A DNA stretch of 64,000 bases from Laetmonice hystrix (Eukaryota), in assembly GCA_965235115.1 (NCBI GenBank), contig OZ249436.1, positions 23,996,001 through 24,060,000 of the forward strand, read 5' to 3'. The notes under the pieces were generated by a model. It was not told the DNA's origin. It saw only the letters and a list, made by a program, of their open reading frames with translations, and ran no database searches. This document shows, piece by piece, positions 1 through 11,718 of the stretch (position 1 is the stretch's first letter; every line of letters starts with the position of its first letter). A program made the position numbers and the translations under genes.

Positions 1-1832
1 AACATGACGAACATATCAATTTCAAACGCTCTTAACAAAAAAACTAACCTGGTGAGGTATCATTTTTTTGGTGAATTTTGAAAGAGGACAACATACTCTG
101 TTTATCTGCAAAATTTAAAAAAAATCTGTCAAAAAAATTTTTTTGGCCTAACACTAGCACTTGTCCTTAACCGTTTTCGAGGTATCACTGATGTTTGGTT
201 GAAAATAACCTAAAAAGGCCAACTTTGAGGGGCCATAAGATGGAAACTATCGAATTTAGGGGAGCCATCTCGGTGTCAGAGATAGTGGACCTATTACCCA
301 ATCCAATGGTGCTGAAATTGGAAATTAGGTCAACTTGGCCGCCATCTTGGATTTTTCAAATTCGCTGAGGATGGGTCAAGTTTTTGATCCTAAACCCAGA
401 CATTGATATCTTTAACCGTTTTCGAGATATACGCCCACCACTGGGCGGAATGGACAAGGTCTCTGTTCTTGAAGGAGTGGAGACTAACGCCAGTCTCTCT
501 TCTTGAAGAAGAGGAGACCATGCCTATTGGGTGTGTTTTTCATATAGGCCTATGCCACCGCTGTGAGTGTGTTGTAGAGAGTATGGTGTAGAAAGATGTC
601 AAGTGTCAGTCCTTTGACACCGGCTGTGGTGGTGGAGGTAGCCGCCACATGTCCTCTTGTAACGAATTTCAGAGGCCTGTAACTTTTATAACTCATAAGC
701 GAAGCTAGATACAGCCATATTTACTATTTACATATAGGAAGTCATACCTGCCTTTTCAGTTGACACCATTCATGATGTAGCGTGAGGTCATAATCATCTC
801 ATTAATATGTCATTAATATTTTTAAGGCCCATAACTCAAAAAACGGGGCGACATAGAGCCATGGTTACCACTGAACATGAATAGGAAGTCGTCATTACGT
901 TCTTTTAATTGACACCAAGATTTATCATGTTGTTTGATCTATTACATCATTATGACGTAATCGACCCCTTCTAAGGATTGGTAGAAGCCTGTAACTAGAT
1001 AGGCCTACATAGTTACTTTTGAACATGAATAGGAAGTCATGCATGTTCTTTCCATTGATAACGGGTCACGGGTGAAAGATAGTACCATAGTTATCCCTAC
1101 TCCGAACATGTTAGACGGGACACCCCGGGGATGGGATCCATTGTGGTACTCCACAACGTACCTAGTTTAATAAGATATTTGCAATTTATTTTACAGAGCA
1201 CATTGGCGGATCCAGGGGGGGGGGGGGCAAGGGGGCCTTGCCACCCCCCCACCAAAACAAAAAATGGCATGTGTTTGGACCAATAGGCCTAGGCTGACTC
1301 TGGCCAATGATGTGGCCAGGGGGCGTTGAACGAGGGTGAGGGGACCGATACCAGAGTCATTGGGCTGATGCTTACGCAAATTAGCAATAATATATCATAT
1401 AAAACCGATTATTTGCCCACATTTGGATGATGCTAGGGCCAGGAGGTCTAAAATTTGGGTGAGGGGGCCAATACCCGAGGTAGGGGGGCAATACTTGAGC
1501 AAAATAACCTAGGCCTAAATTATCATGTAATATTAATATACATTTACTTTTGTATAGTAGGAGCCAGGGAGCACGATGCTAGGGCCAGGGGGCTTGAAAC
1601 TAGGCTGAGGGAGGCCGATACTTAGGTCTACGCAAAATAGTATATAATATGATAACACCGTTATATTTATATATTAATATGTTCCAGGGCCGGGGCCGAT
1701 ACTAGGGCCTGGAAGCCAATACTTGGGCTAGGGGGCCGGAAACTAGGCTAAGGGGCGCCGATTCCAGAAGCAGGGAGTCTATGGCATGCTTATGCAAAAA
1801 TAGCAATAATCTATAATAATATAGGCCTATCA

Positions 1833-4800
1833 TTATTATCCCATTTCCCTTACAGGGAAATGGGATGTTGTTCTTGTGTGCGGTCGTCTTCTCTATTTTT
1901 TTATTATCCCATTTCCCTTACGGGGAAATGGGATGTTGTTCTTGTGCACTGAAAACTTTAGGTCGTCAAGAATTCGTCACATGCTTGTCAAAGTAACAAC
2001 TTTAGCCTCGTCAGTGACACTGACAAACTATTGACAAGGTCATTGTCACAAACTCGTCATAAAGTCCGTTGTAACTGCTTAGAATGTCGCTTACTTGACA
2101 CGTGTTTTACACTTTCGTAACGGATGCCGACAGGAGTACACGAAAGAAGGTAAGCACTGCTTACAGTAATCTAAATAATCTGGTATATAAATGGTGTTAT
2201 ATTGTGTCAGATTATCTGTATATCATAGTAGAATGTTCTTTAGACTTGGGTGGGATGTTAATTTTTGTAAAGAATAGAAGGATGCCCCTAAAATTTATTG
2301 ATTGAAAATGGGCCTCTTGCAAAAAGCCTGACAGTAGAGGCCTTTGTCTGGTATGACAGGTTTGGCGGGACGGAATAAGGGGAGGGCCTAACACTGATTA
2401 GGCCTGGGCTAGGGTTTAGGGAATTCTTGGATCCGCACCTGGTTATAGCCCAATATAGGCGGGGGAATAATAATCGAGCCCTCCTCACATTTGGGGGGGG
2501 GGGCATGGGCCCCCAGTTCCTCAGTTCCATCACCCCTGTTAATAAGTCCCCTGTCTCGTTTTGTTGTAACCAGAACCTTCCCGGTCATTTGTCTGTTCTG
2601 TTAAAGTAATCTTCCAGTTTACCAAAAAATTTAGATAGCCTCCTCGAATTAACAGGGTCGGCCAAGATAAGTAAGGCCAGTTTCTTTAAATGACATGAAA
2701 ATTGAAGGTCCAGAACATATACCGATATTAACATTTTACTTGTGTATTTCAGGACTGAGAAAGCCGTGGAAGAACAAGCATGAGCAAATCGTCTGCAAAA
2801 AGCTGCAGAAGATTAGTGTGAGACTGTCGATGTATTGCAGTTAAAATTACTATTTCTTCACATCTACTATACAGTTTGTGAACTAATATGGACGTGTTTA
2901 ACGGGGGCGGGGGGTCTTTGATTTTATACTTCATGGAAAAAAAGAGTAGTGTGAGACTGTTGATGATGTCTGAAAGTTAAAAAGACAAACTCGCTATTTT
3001 ATTAGTTATAAAGGATATCCCAGCGTCAAAGCAGTGTATATGGAAAAAGTGAAATATAGGCATTTTACCATATCTGTCAAGTTGTTTGTTTTGTCTTAAA
3101 AACCTTTAAATAGTTTAATTGAATGTTTTAATTCTCAGTGTGTTGCAGACGTATTTTTCTTTTCAGACATTGGCATGGATAACAGGTCAATGATTTATGG
3201 AGTGTATCCAGTGTAATTTTTGACAAGGTAGTGTTCTCGACGAGTTTTTGACAAGGTGACGAGTTAAAACTTGTTGTTTTAGGCACCGTCAGATTGACAA
3301 GCCAAAACTTATGTCTGTGTTTTCAGTGTGTGCGTTCGTCTTCTCTATTTTTTTTATTATTATTATCGTCGTAGTTAGACAATCGCAGTTTCTCAGTCAG
3401 TTTTTAAGGTATCTGGATGAAACTTGCACGGTATGTTGGCCATGTCATGACTACCTCTCCATATCAAGCAGTACGTCATGGGCCGTCATGCTTCCGAGTT
3501 ATGACGTGTTACACACGTCAAAAAGCACTTCACATTTTCAACTGTCAAGACCAAAGAAATAGCAATAGGGTAAAGGAAAAGGAATAGTTCCTTAATACTT
3601 TTTTATCAAAATTTAGCTGATGACCTTCTTAAGGACTGGGTCACAGGTCACATCTCACATCTCACATAAATCTACGATTTTGAAGTAGCTTTCTTCAAAT
3701 GAGGGCCAAATTGCACAGAATGATTGCTGGTAGATATGCGCAGAAGTTGTAGCATGGATTTAGCGATATGACGTATATTGACGAAGTCACGTGACATCAA
3801 AATTTGATTCTGTGGCCAGTTTCTTAGGCATCGGTCAAATCTTTAATGAAAATTGTTGTGCTTAAAGAGGGTAGGGTGATAAGCCACATTTATGAAAATT
3901 TTCTCCTGTGACGTCACTTTTTCGTGTCATGACGTCATTCACCTATTCTAGATAGGACCTTCGTACTCTTGGGTTCATGTGTCTCAATAGCTGAGTGGGT
4001 AACATACCCGACCGAAAAGCTGGAGATCACGGGTTCGAAGGAATTTTTATCTGAAATTTTTCGTATTCTTAACGTAAAATGCAAATTTTGTAATTTAGAA
4101 AAAGTATTGAGCTATATTATCTTTTTCTATTTGATGGTCAGTCATATGACCTAAAAGTTGGATTCTATGGCCATTATACCAGAAATCAATCATATCTCTT
4201 GCAGTTTTCAACAGATTTGTATGAAACTAGTTGGGCTTAAAGCAGGTGGGATGTTAAGCCAAATTTATGACAATGTTCTCATGTGACGTCACTGTTATGT
4301 GTTGCGACTTCATCCATCTATTTTAGATATGATCTTAGTACAGCATCAGGTGTGAGTCTCAATAGCTGAATGTGTAACATACCCGTCAAACAGGCTGTTG
4401 ATCATGGGTTCGAATCCCAGTATGAAACAGTATTTTTTATCATATACTTTTCATAATGTAAACGTCCAAATACAAATTTACATTTTTAGTAAAACTATTC
4501 AGCTATATATTTTTTTCAATTTGATAGTCACTCATAGGACCTAAAAGAGGGGTTCTGTGGCCCTTTCACCAGAAATCAGTCATATCTCTTGCAGTTTTCA
4601 ACAGATCTTTATGAAACTTTAAAAGCAGGTGGTATGTTGACCCAAATTTTAGCACACAATATTATTGAACTACAAATTATTCGGAAAACCAAACCCACAG
4701 CTGAACGGTGACTCAGCTAGAATACTCCTTCCAATGAGTTCCCATACACTGTGGGGTTTAGCCCAATTTGGTTTAAATTTGTTGATATAAGTTACGTGAC

Positions 4801-5135
4801 CTAGAATTTTCACTATTTCAAGGGCTCTGACCACACAACTGAATGCAAGTAAAATATGTGGGCTGGTTCCTTAGTAAATTTTTTTACCAATATTTTACAG
4901 ATGACTTTTGACCTTCGTAAGGACTGGGTCACAGGTCACATCTCACATAAATGTATGATTTTGAAGTAAATCTCTTCCAATTATCCTGGTCAAATTTGAC
5001 ATAATGGTTCCACAACAAAATTGCTCTGTATATCAATCTTCATCGTGTAGCCTAAGGGTCAACAGGCTTACAAAAATGTCTGTATCTATTTTAGGGAAAT
5101 GGGATCAATGATTGCAGGCAATCATGCTGACTAGT
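1833..5135 (+). mobile_element. Helentron-associated non-autonomous element (HINE/DINE-like)
   Basis: 5' ttattATCCCATTTCCC...GGGAAATGGGAT subterminal inverted repeat; 3' GGGAAATGGGAT + hairpin (atgattgc-ag-gcaatcat) + CTAGT. A similar 3' end lies at about 1120-1168 and a similar 5' end at about 43180. Confidence 0.6.
1947..3328. mobile_element. Non-autonomous CACTG-type (EnSpm/CACTA-like) DNA transposon
   Basis: Termini CACTGAAAAC...GTTTTCAGTG, 2-bp TSD (TG). Subterminal ttgacaag repeats also recur at about 35050-35345. Confidence 0.7.
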
Positions 5136-5436
5136 TTTTATATTAGGCCTATGTTCCAGGGGCCGCACTGGCGGATCTAGGGGGTTCGGGGGTTCGAACC
5201 CCCACTAAAATTTTGCAGATACACACATTTTAACTTAAGGGGGTTCAAACATTATAATTTAGAAGGTTTTTTTTTTCAGTCGCAAGATAAAAACCACATA
5301 AACTTTTTTTTGCCTCGCTACGCTCGGCATGATACAATTTTGCAGATACACACATTTTAACTTAAGGGGATTCAAACATTAAAACAAACGTTCAAACATT
5401 AAAAAAGATTCATCCTATAGCCAAAGTTGCTGTTGG

Positions 5437-5941
5437 CAGCCGATACGCATGTTCTCCTCTTCTTCAAGAAGAGAGACTGGCGTTAGTCTCCACTCCTTCA
5501 AGAACAGAGACCTTGCCCATTCCGCCCAGTGGTGGGCGTAAGAAATGGAGACTTTCTTCTTGAAAAATGAGAGCAGGTGTATACATTTTGACAAGGAAAC
5601 TAAATTCTATCCTATCCCTATCCCTGACCTTAACCCTAACCCCTATCCCTATCCCTGACCTTAACCCTAACCCCTGCCCAAACATTTCGTGGAAAGTTAT
5701 CATGGGGGAAGAACCCATTGGCTTAACTACCTAAGTGAGATATTCACCTGCTGACCTGCTCGCTGAAGCGGAACCGAGGCGGCAAGGTGATTGGACACCT
5801 AGCTAGTCTCCATTGGAAGAAGAAAGTCTCCATTTCTTACGCCCTCCACTGGGCGGAATGGACAAGGTCTCTGTTCTTGAAGGAGTGGAGACTAACGCCA
5901 GTCTCTCTTCTTGAAGAAGAGGAGAACATGCGTATCGGGTG
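5437..5941. mobile_element. MITE with about 125-bp TIRs and 7-bp TSD
   Basis: TIR CA(G/C)CCGATACGCATGTTCTCCTCTTCTTCAAG...; TSD CTGTTGG at 5430-5436 and 5942-5948. A lone arm of the same TIR lies at about 432-532. Confidence 0.8.
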
Positions 5942-6347
5942 CTGTTGGACTTGAGGAGACCCTTTTGTCCTTGGTCAGGTCATATTGGTCATTGAATAGC
6001 TTATTAGGGCCCTATATGTAGGATCTAGATGGATATGGTGGGTCGCTTTTACGGTAGGCCTAGGCCTACTGTCTATTTTTATTGCAATTCTGGATGTCTC
6101 ACGTCGAATTTTATCAGCCATTTGGGAGCTGTGTCCGTCGCACGTTAAGAAGAGGATGTCACAATGTCGCCCTTCATTTTACGGCCGTGTCCACAGAATG
6201 TCTTCATGTAAACCCATACTAACACCACATTTATGTGGGTGACATTGGTAGAGAAATGCTACCTTCAATTTAATTTGCAGCTATCCACAATACTACACAA
6301 AACATTGGCAGTACAAGGTCTTTGTAAGTAAATTAACAGAATCTCAC

Positions 6348-6395
6348 CTTTTCTTTGTCCTCCTCCTCATCATCATCATCTTCATCTACATATTC
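6348..6395 (-). CDS. MCTP: MCTP coding exon (acidic linker)
   Basis: ctgcag|GAA...AAG|gtgag, 48 bp; EYVDEDDDDEEEDKEK, the acidic stretch between the MCTP TM segments. Downstream exons were not found in 1-6347. Confidence 0.88.
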
Positions 6396-6540
6396 CTGCA
6401 GATTAAAAGATGAAAATCACAAATTACTCACCCAAGACCCGATCAAGATGACTATATGAACTGTATGACTGTATCTGAATATCATGATTTTGAGATTCAC
6501 CGGATGCATGAACTGAACCAGTATGCAAAGAGGCACTCAC

Positions 6541-6666
6541 ATCAACTTCTTTGTCCTTTACGAGGTTTCCAGTGATGTGAACAACTAGGAGGTTCTTGGA
6601 GAATACAATTAGTAGAGTCACCGGCAACATGTAGAGTTCAAAGTTCCAAACGATTATCATGAACAC
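6541..6666 (-). CDS. MCTP: MCTP coding exon (first transmembrane region)
   Basis: ttcaag|GTG...GAT|gtgagt, 126 bp; VFMIIVWNFELYMLPVTLLIVFSKNLLVVHITGNLVKDKEVD (VWNFELYMxP motif). Confidence 0.93.
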
Positions 6667-7530
6667 CTTGAAGAGAACAATTGGTATGGTGGCTATTCAG
6701 GGTGAAACAACAAACTGTGAAACTTGTTCATTACTGTATCCCTTGGTCCATTGGGGTTATAATGAGGATGAGGATGAACAAGAACCCCCCCCACACACAC
6801 ACACACACACACCCACCCACCCACACACCCACACACACTGGGAGACAATCTCCTGCTCTTTAAAAGTTCTGTCATATGCCCAGTTCCAAAGATATTGTGA
6901 TGTGTGTGAGGTAGAATTCCTTTGTGAGCAAGACTAATCCGTCAGGCGGCGCTGTGGTCTGGTAGTTGTTAAATGTTCCGCCAGAGGAAGCTAAGGTGGT
7001 GGGACCTTCCGGTACACTAGCACTAACATTGGAGGTTCCGGTTTTCTCAGTGAGACCAGAAAGTTCCGGTAATAGTCGGAAACTAGAAAGTTCTCGGACA
7101 TCTGAACGTATATATAAGCCAGGTAGAAGTGTTGATGGAGGAGACTTGCATTGATATCTAACAGAGAGTGTTGTTTAGTGTCTACGTTAGAACAAGACCT
7201 GATTGACGATTGTGAAACTGTGGATTATTTTTTTTTTTTTTTTAGATTCGTTTATTTATCCTGGAAAAGTTTTCGGTACAAGTACAGAGAGTACCGGTTT
7301 TCAAAACCGTCCAGCTGCGGGTTTAACATTATAGCGATATGTGGTAAAATTAACTAATAACTAGTAGATGGCGTCAGTAAAGACTTGCTGGCGCTTAATA
7401 TAGTCAGTTAAATTAAACAATTGATGATGGCATTGTTAACCAAGTGTAGTACATGTATACATATAAACCCATTTTGAAATGAGATGAGATGTGTTTGATG
7501 AAAAGTTTAGAAATGATAACACGGCCGTTT

Positions 7531-9440
7531 TCAGGTATCCATAAGATTTGCGAGTTTAGATCGTAGTAATCTTTTCTGGGCATTTTTAAACGGCTTAATG
7601 TCCGAGATCTGCTTTAGGTTTGTGTCCATTGCATTCCACATGACTGCTCCTCTAAATCCAACACTTCTTTTGAGTACATTCTTTTTTGGCCGAGGAACTA
7701 TTAGCGTTTTATTGTCATGAAGCCTAGTATGGAGTAACCGCCTGTCCACATAGTCAGGATCAGCGGATCTGGTATGCATAAGGATTAGTAGGTGCGAGTC
7801 CCTTCTATCTTTAAGAAGATTCATGTTAGCTTTGCGATGTACTTCTAAGGTGTCGGTATCACGTGGCAAGCTTAAGGCTATTTTTAGTCCTTTATTTTGT
7901 ATTCGTTGAATCTTATTCAGAAGGGTCACATTTGTGCCTGCATACAGAGTGTCACCATATTCTATGTAAGGAAGTACCATGGTTTTGTACATTTTAAGAC
8001 AGGCATCATTGGTAAGGTACGGTCGTATTTTGGATAACAGGTATACTTTGTGACTAGCCTTTTTTATTGTGTTGTTTGCATGTTTGGTAAAGGAGAGGGA
8101 CTTGTCAAGGATGACACCTAGATATTTATAGTCTTGCACTGGCTCCAGGTTGTTGTTCGCAATCTTTAAGGATGGGTCTTTTAGGTTTTTGAGCTTATGG
8201 GGTGTACCAAAAGTCATAAATTTAGTTTTCTTAGCGTTGATTGTTAGGCTATTTTCATTACACCAATTGGAGATGGAGTCAAGGTCTCTTTGAAGGTGAG
8301 AGTTCAAGGAGATGACGTCATGACCAGAAATATACAATATGGTGTCATCAGCGTGGAGTTTAATTTTAGAATGAAGGACTGAGGAGGACAGATCATTTAT
8401 GTAGCAGAGGAAGAGGAGCGGCCCCAGGACTGAGCCCTGGGGAACCCCGCATGTCACCCGCAGTGGATCAGAGGTTAAGCCGTTTGCACAGGTAGTTTGT
8501 GTCCTGTCGTTCAAGTAATTCTGTATCCAACCTACAGCATTTCTTGATAGGCCCAGCCTAGATAGCTTCTTTAGCAGTATAGCGTGGTTAATAGTATCAA
8601 AGGCCTTCCTGAAGTCGATAAAAACGTCAAAGGTCACTTGGGAATCATTCATTGCTTCGTAGATGTCGTCCGTAACCTTTGCTATGGTTGAGATAGTAGA
8701 CCGGCCCTCCCTGAATCCACCTTGATTATTATCCAGTATGTTGTGCGTTGTTAAGTATTGGGTGATTTGGTGATGTATTATTTTCTCCAGTAGTTTTCCA
8801 GGGAGTGGTAGTAATGAGATGGGCCTTAGATTATTGACATCTGCTGGATTGCCGTCTTTCGGTAGTGGTATCACAGTTGCCGATTTCCATGTTTTTGGGA
8901 TAACGTTGGAAGTAATTGACAGATTGAATAGGAAAGTTAACTTTGGGATAAGTACAGAGAAGGCGTCTTTTAGGATTCTTGTAGACAAGTCTGTTAAGGC
9001 AGATGATTTGTGTATGTTAATTGCTTTAACCAGTGTAGTAGTTGTTTCATCGTCAATCGGTTTAAAATCTAGACTTGATTTAAAGTTAGGTCCCCGATAG
9101 GCCCAGTGTTTGTCAAAGGCCTCTGCGAGTCTTGGCCCTATGGAGACAAAGAATTTATTAATGAAGTCCGCGGTTTTTGCTGGTTCAATTGGGGTGCCGG
9201 AGTCGTTCATAAGATTGATTGTATGGTTGTGTTTTTTCCCATCCGGCAGAATCTCCTTAATCGCTTTCCAATACTTGTTAGGATCGTCTTTATGTAATTC
9301 AAGTTTCCTTTTATGTAGTCAGCTTTAGCATATTTTACTAAGTTTATTACCATGTTTTTCAAGCGACGTGCGATGCGCCAGTCATCAGGGTTATTTGTAC
9401 ATTTTGCTTTATTCATAAAGTAGTCTTTGTCCTTTATTTT
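7531..9440 (-). pseudogene. LINE ORF2 reverse transcriptase, APE endonuclease domain absent
   Basis: NLRPISLL, DFRKAFDTI, GVPQGSVLGPLLF, HADDT (YADD changed to HADD), YKYLGV. 1-nt frameshift near 9310; no APE-coding sequence upstream. Confidence 0.9.
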
Positions 9441-9532
9441 AGCCTTTCGGACACCTCATAGTTCGAGTGGGGTGATAAGGCAGTACGTTGCTAGCGAGAG
9501 ACGTTACACAATACTGTATGTTACATATTCGT

Positions 9533-10225
9533 TTAGATTAATTTCAAGTTTTGTAAGTTGAGATGGATGCCTTTTGTCAGCACCCGTGCCCATAAGTCCA
9601 CTGTTTCATGGTCTGGGTGCAACCCGTCTCTGAATCTAATGTACTTATGTACTCTCTTCCCTCTCACAAGGCAGTGGATAGTATCTTGCAGAAAGGGAGA
9701 CTGAAGTTTATAATCGCTGTTTATGAGAGTTATCGTTTGGTTTAGAGTAACACAAATGTCGTTTATCAGGTCCTGGTCGCCAGCTGCGTTTAAGGCTATG
9801 GCTGTAGTACTGGGGGTTTGGTGTTGACCTTTGATGTGGTTATTGTATTTATCAAGGTCAAGGCCAATGAGGTGACAAATAATCACATTGTTGGCAAAAC
9901 ATTTCAGAAAGGTTTTAGCAAAGGTTAATTCATCTGTGAGTCTATCAACAGCCTCAGGAATCTCGTCGAAGACTGGAGAGACACGTTTGTCGGCGTTCTT
10001 CCTGGTAAGGTTATTGACCCCAGCAAAAAGCAAAACTAAGTCATAGTGATTATGTCTTCCAGAAAGGATCTCTTTAGATGCGGATTGAAGTGTTGCGCCT
10101 GGTTTAAAGATGACTTCGAAATCACAGGAAAAGTTATGCTTTAAGAGTTCTGAGTCCATTGCCTGACGTAGTTGCTTTCCTCTTGAGTCCATTAGGAGTA
10201 GCACACTTGGGATTTTACGGGACAT
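9533..10225 (-). CDS. LINE-encoded SGNH/GDSL esterase
   Basis: Blocks I MDSRG, II KPGATL, III AGVNNL and V DGLHP (Ser and D-x-x-H retained). The ATG overlaps the ORF1 end (ATGTCCCGTAA). Confidence 0.85.
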   Translation of the reverse strand: MSRKIPSVLLLMDSRGKQLRQAMDSELLKHNFSCDFEVIFKPGATLQSASKEILSGRHNHYDLVLLFAGVNNLTRKNADKRVSPVFDEIPEAVDRLTDELTFAKTFLKCFANNVIICHLIGLDLDKYNNHIKGQHQTPSTTAIALNAAGDQDLINDICVTLNQTITLINSDYKLQSPFLQDTIHCLVRGKRVHKYIRFRDGLHPDHETVDLWARVLTKGIHLNLQNLKLI

Positions 10226-11561
10226 TACCTTGGGTGGTTGCTTGTCCTCTCAATTGTGACCTCACCTTCTCGAGGATCTCTCCCAGCTTGTTTTGGCCTG
10301 GGTTGTTGGGACCTATGGTTTGGTATCTAGAGAAGGGAATTCCTACTCCGAAGAGCCGGTCACTTGTTCCCTCATACAATTTGGCGTCGCCTGTGGCAAG
10401 GAGCTTGTCAGCTAGTGAGGGGTTTTGTGCGAATTTCGCTCTCACTAACTGCTCTAGTACCGAGATCTTGGCTTTGTCCCAGTCTGAGGTGGTTTCGATT
10501 TGTTTGCCAATTTGTTTGCATGCGTATGGGTCAAGTGTTTTCAGTACCTCGAAGGCAGCCGCAGGTGATTGACAGCGTGTCGCCCATGCGTGTACATAGG
10601 CTTGCTCTACATGTTGAAATTTACCAGTTGGTAACTCTATTGGGGCCCTGTAAAAGTTCGATAGGAAGGAGTGTTCGCCTTGGAACACTATTCCCCCATT
10701 GATGTGAACTGTTTTGGCGTTCTCTAAGCTTAGCTCTTGGGGCAGGTCATTGAGCGTTCCGTGTGTGTACCTTGTGTTTTGTACGACTATGCCTTGCCCA
10801 CTCCACCTGGCGCTAATACCCTTTTTCTTTGCAAGGTGTATGACTGAACGGAGATCAGCTTTGCGACGGGAGGCTTCAGGGGTTAGGTCGTCAGAGATTG
10901 TAACACGTTTCCACTTAGGTAGATCTTGAAGTAGCTTTATTTGCCTAAAAATAAGCCCTTTGTGATGTATCTTATCCAACTGCACGAGAATAGGCCTGGG
11001 TAGCTGGCCGGATTCCTTTGGCTGACCTATTCGGTAAATAATCCCGCAGTCATTTGTGGTCAGGCCCGTCTTCAAATCAGAAAATAAACTGTTAACAATG
11101 GATCTAACATCCTTTTCATTTTCTGTGAACCCATGTATGATTCGATTGGATCTGCGTTTGTTCGACTCCATATCCTCTATTTTCTTTTCTAGTTTAGAAA
11201 CTCGAGACTCGTTATGTATAAGTTCCTGCTCCATAGATGAGACCTTGTTACTTAGTTCAGTAATGGTGTTCTGTTGGTCAGCGATAGTGCTAAGTAGGTC
11301 CTCAGTAGTTCTGGTGTTGTTGTCCAGCGCTAGTTGAATTCCGTCAATTTTGGTATTCAGGGACTGTTGCAGTTTAGCTGTGTCCTCCTTGGAGGACAGG
11401 GTTAGCATGGTCTTGTAAATCATGTCAAGCGTTACCTTTGACTCCTTGTCCATGGTCGGGGGATTAGTTGTTGGAGAAGGTGGCTCACCTGTTATGGCCG
11501 CTGTGGGTTCCTGGTAGGACGAGGACCGCTGCTTTCCACTTCGAAGTGTGTTGTAATTCAT
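10215..11561 (-). CDS. LINE ORF1: coiled coil + L1-type RRM/CTD + C-terminal NADAR (YbiA-like) domain
   Basis: aa 60-135 heptads; RRSNRIIHG...YRIG...RPILV...ISDDLT (ORF1p RRM); aa 291-437 FLSNFY...VEQAY...KQIGK...W...AKFAQNPSLADKLLATGDAKLYE..DRLFGVG...GQNKLGEILEKVR (NADAR signature). Confidence 0.88.
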   Translation of the reverse strand: MNYNTLRSGKQRSSSYQEPTAAITGEPPSPTTNPPTMDKESKVTLDMIYKTMLTLSSKEDTAKLQQSLNTKIDGIQLALDNNTRTTEDLLSTIADQQNTITELSNKVSSMEQELIHNESRVSKLEKKIEDMESNKRRSNRIIHGFTENEKDVRSIVNSLFSDLKTGLTTNDCGIIYRIGQPKESGQLPRPILVQLDKIHHKGLIFRQIKLLQDLPKWKRVTISDDLTPEASRRKADLRSVIHLAKKKGISARWSGQGIVVQNTRYTHGTLNDLPQELSLENAKTVHINGGIVFQGEHSFLSNFYRAPIELPTGKFQHVEQAYVHAWATRCQSPAAAFEVLKTLDPYACKQIGKQIETTSDWDKAKISVLEQLVRAKFAQNPSLADKLLATGDAKLYEGTSDRLFGVGIPFSRYQTIGPNNPGQNKLGEILEKVRSQLRGQATTQGNVP

Positions 11562-11708
11562 TACACAGTGACATCCAGTATATATCCAGGTGGTTCCTGA
11601 TGATGTGTCGGTAATTATAAGCCAATTTTTTTCCTCCCCTCTAAGCGCAATCCCGGGTTAACTACAGATTATCACAGAGCTCAATATCAGTCGTCACTCT
11701 TTGGTCGA

Positions 11709-11718
11709 CGCCATCTTG
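11709..11718 (-). promoter_or_regulatory. YY1-type motif CAAGATGGCG near LINE 5' end (putative internal promoter)
   Basis: CAAGATGGCG at +15 to +24 from the inferred element start. Confidence 0.45.

Noticed and set aside
4355..4420. tRNA gene (gggttcgaatccc B-box-like motif; also about 3985-4040)
   Set aside because: No convincing cloverleaf or acceptor stem by eye; lies within a duplicated segment of a repeat, at most a tRNA-derived relic.
5600..5680. Interstitial telomere (also about 44250-44350, 52380)
   Set aside because: Few degenerate CCCTAA/CCCTAT units embedded in a dispersed repeat module.
7531..11561. Bacterial retron or defence operon (RT + NADAR + esterase), or contamination
   Set aside because: The RT is of non-LTR CR1/L2 type, ORF1 has an L1-type RRM, and the unit has poly(A), AATAAA and a TSD inside a gypsy LTR in an animal intron.
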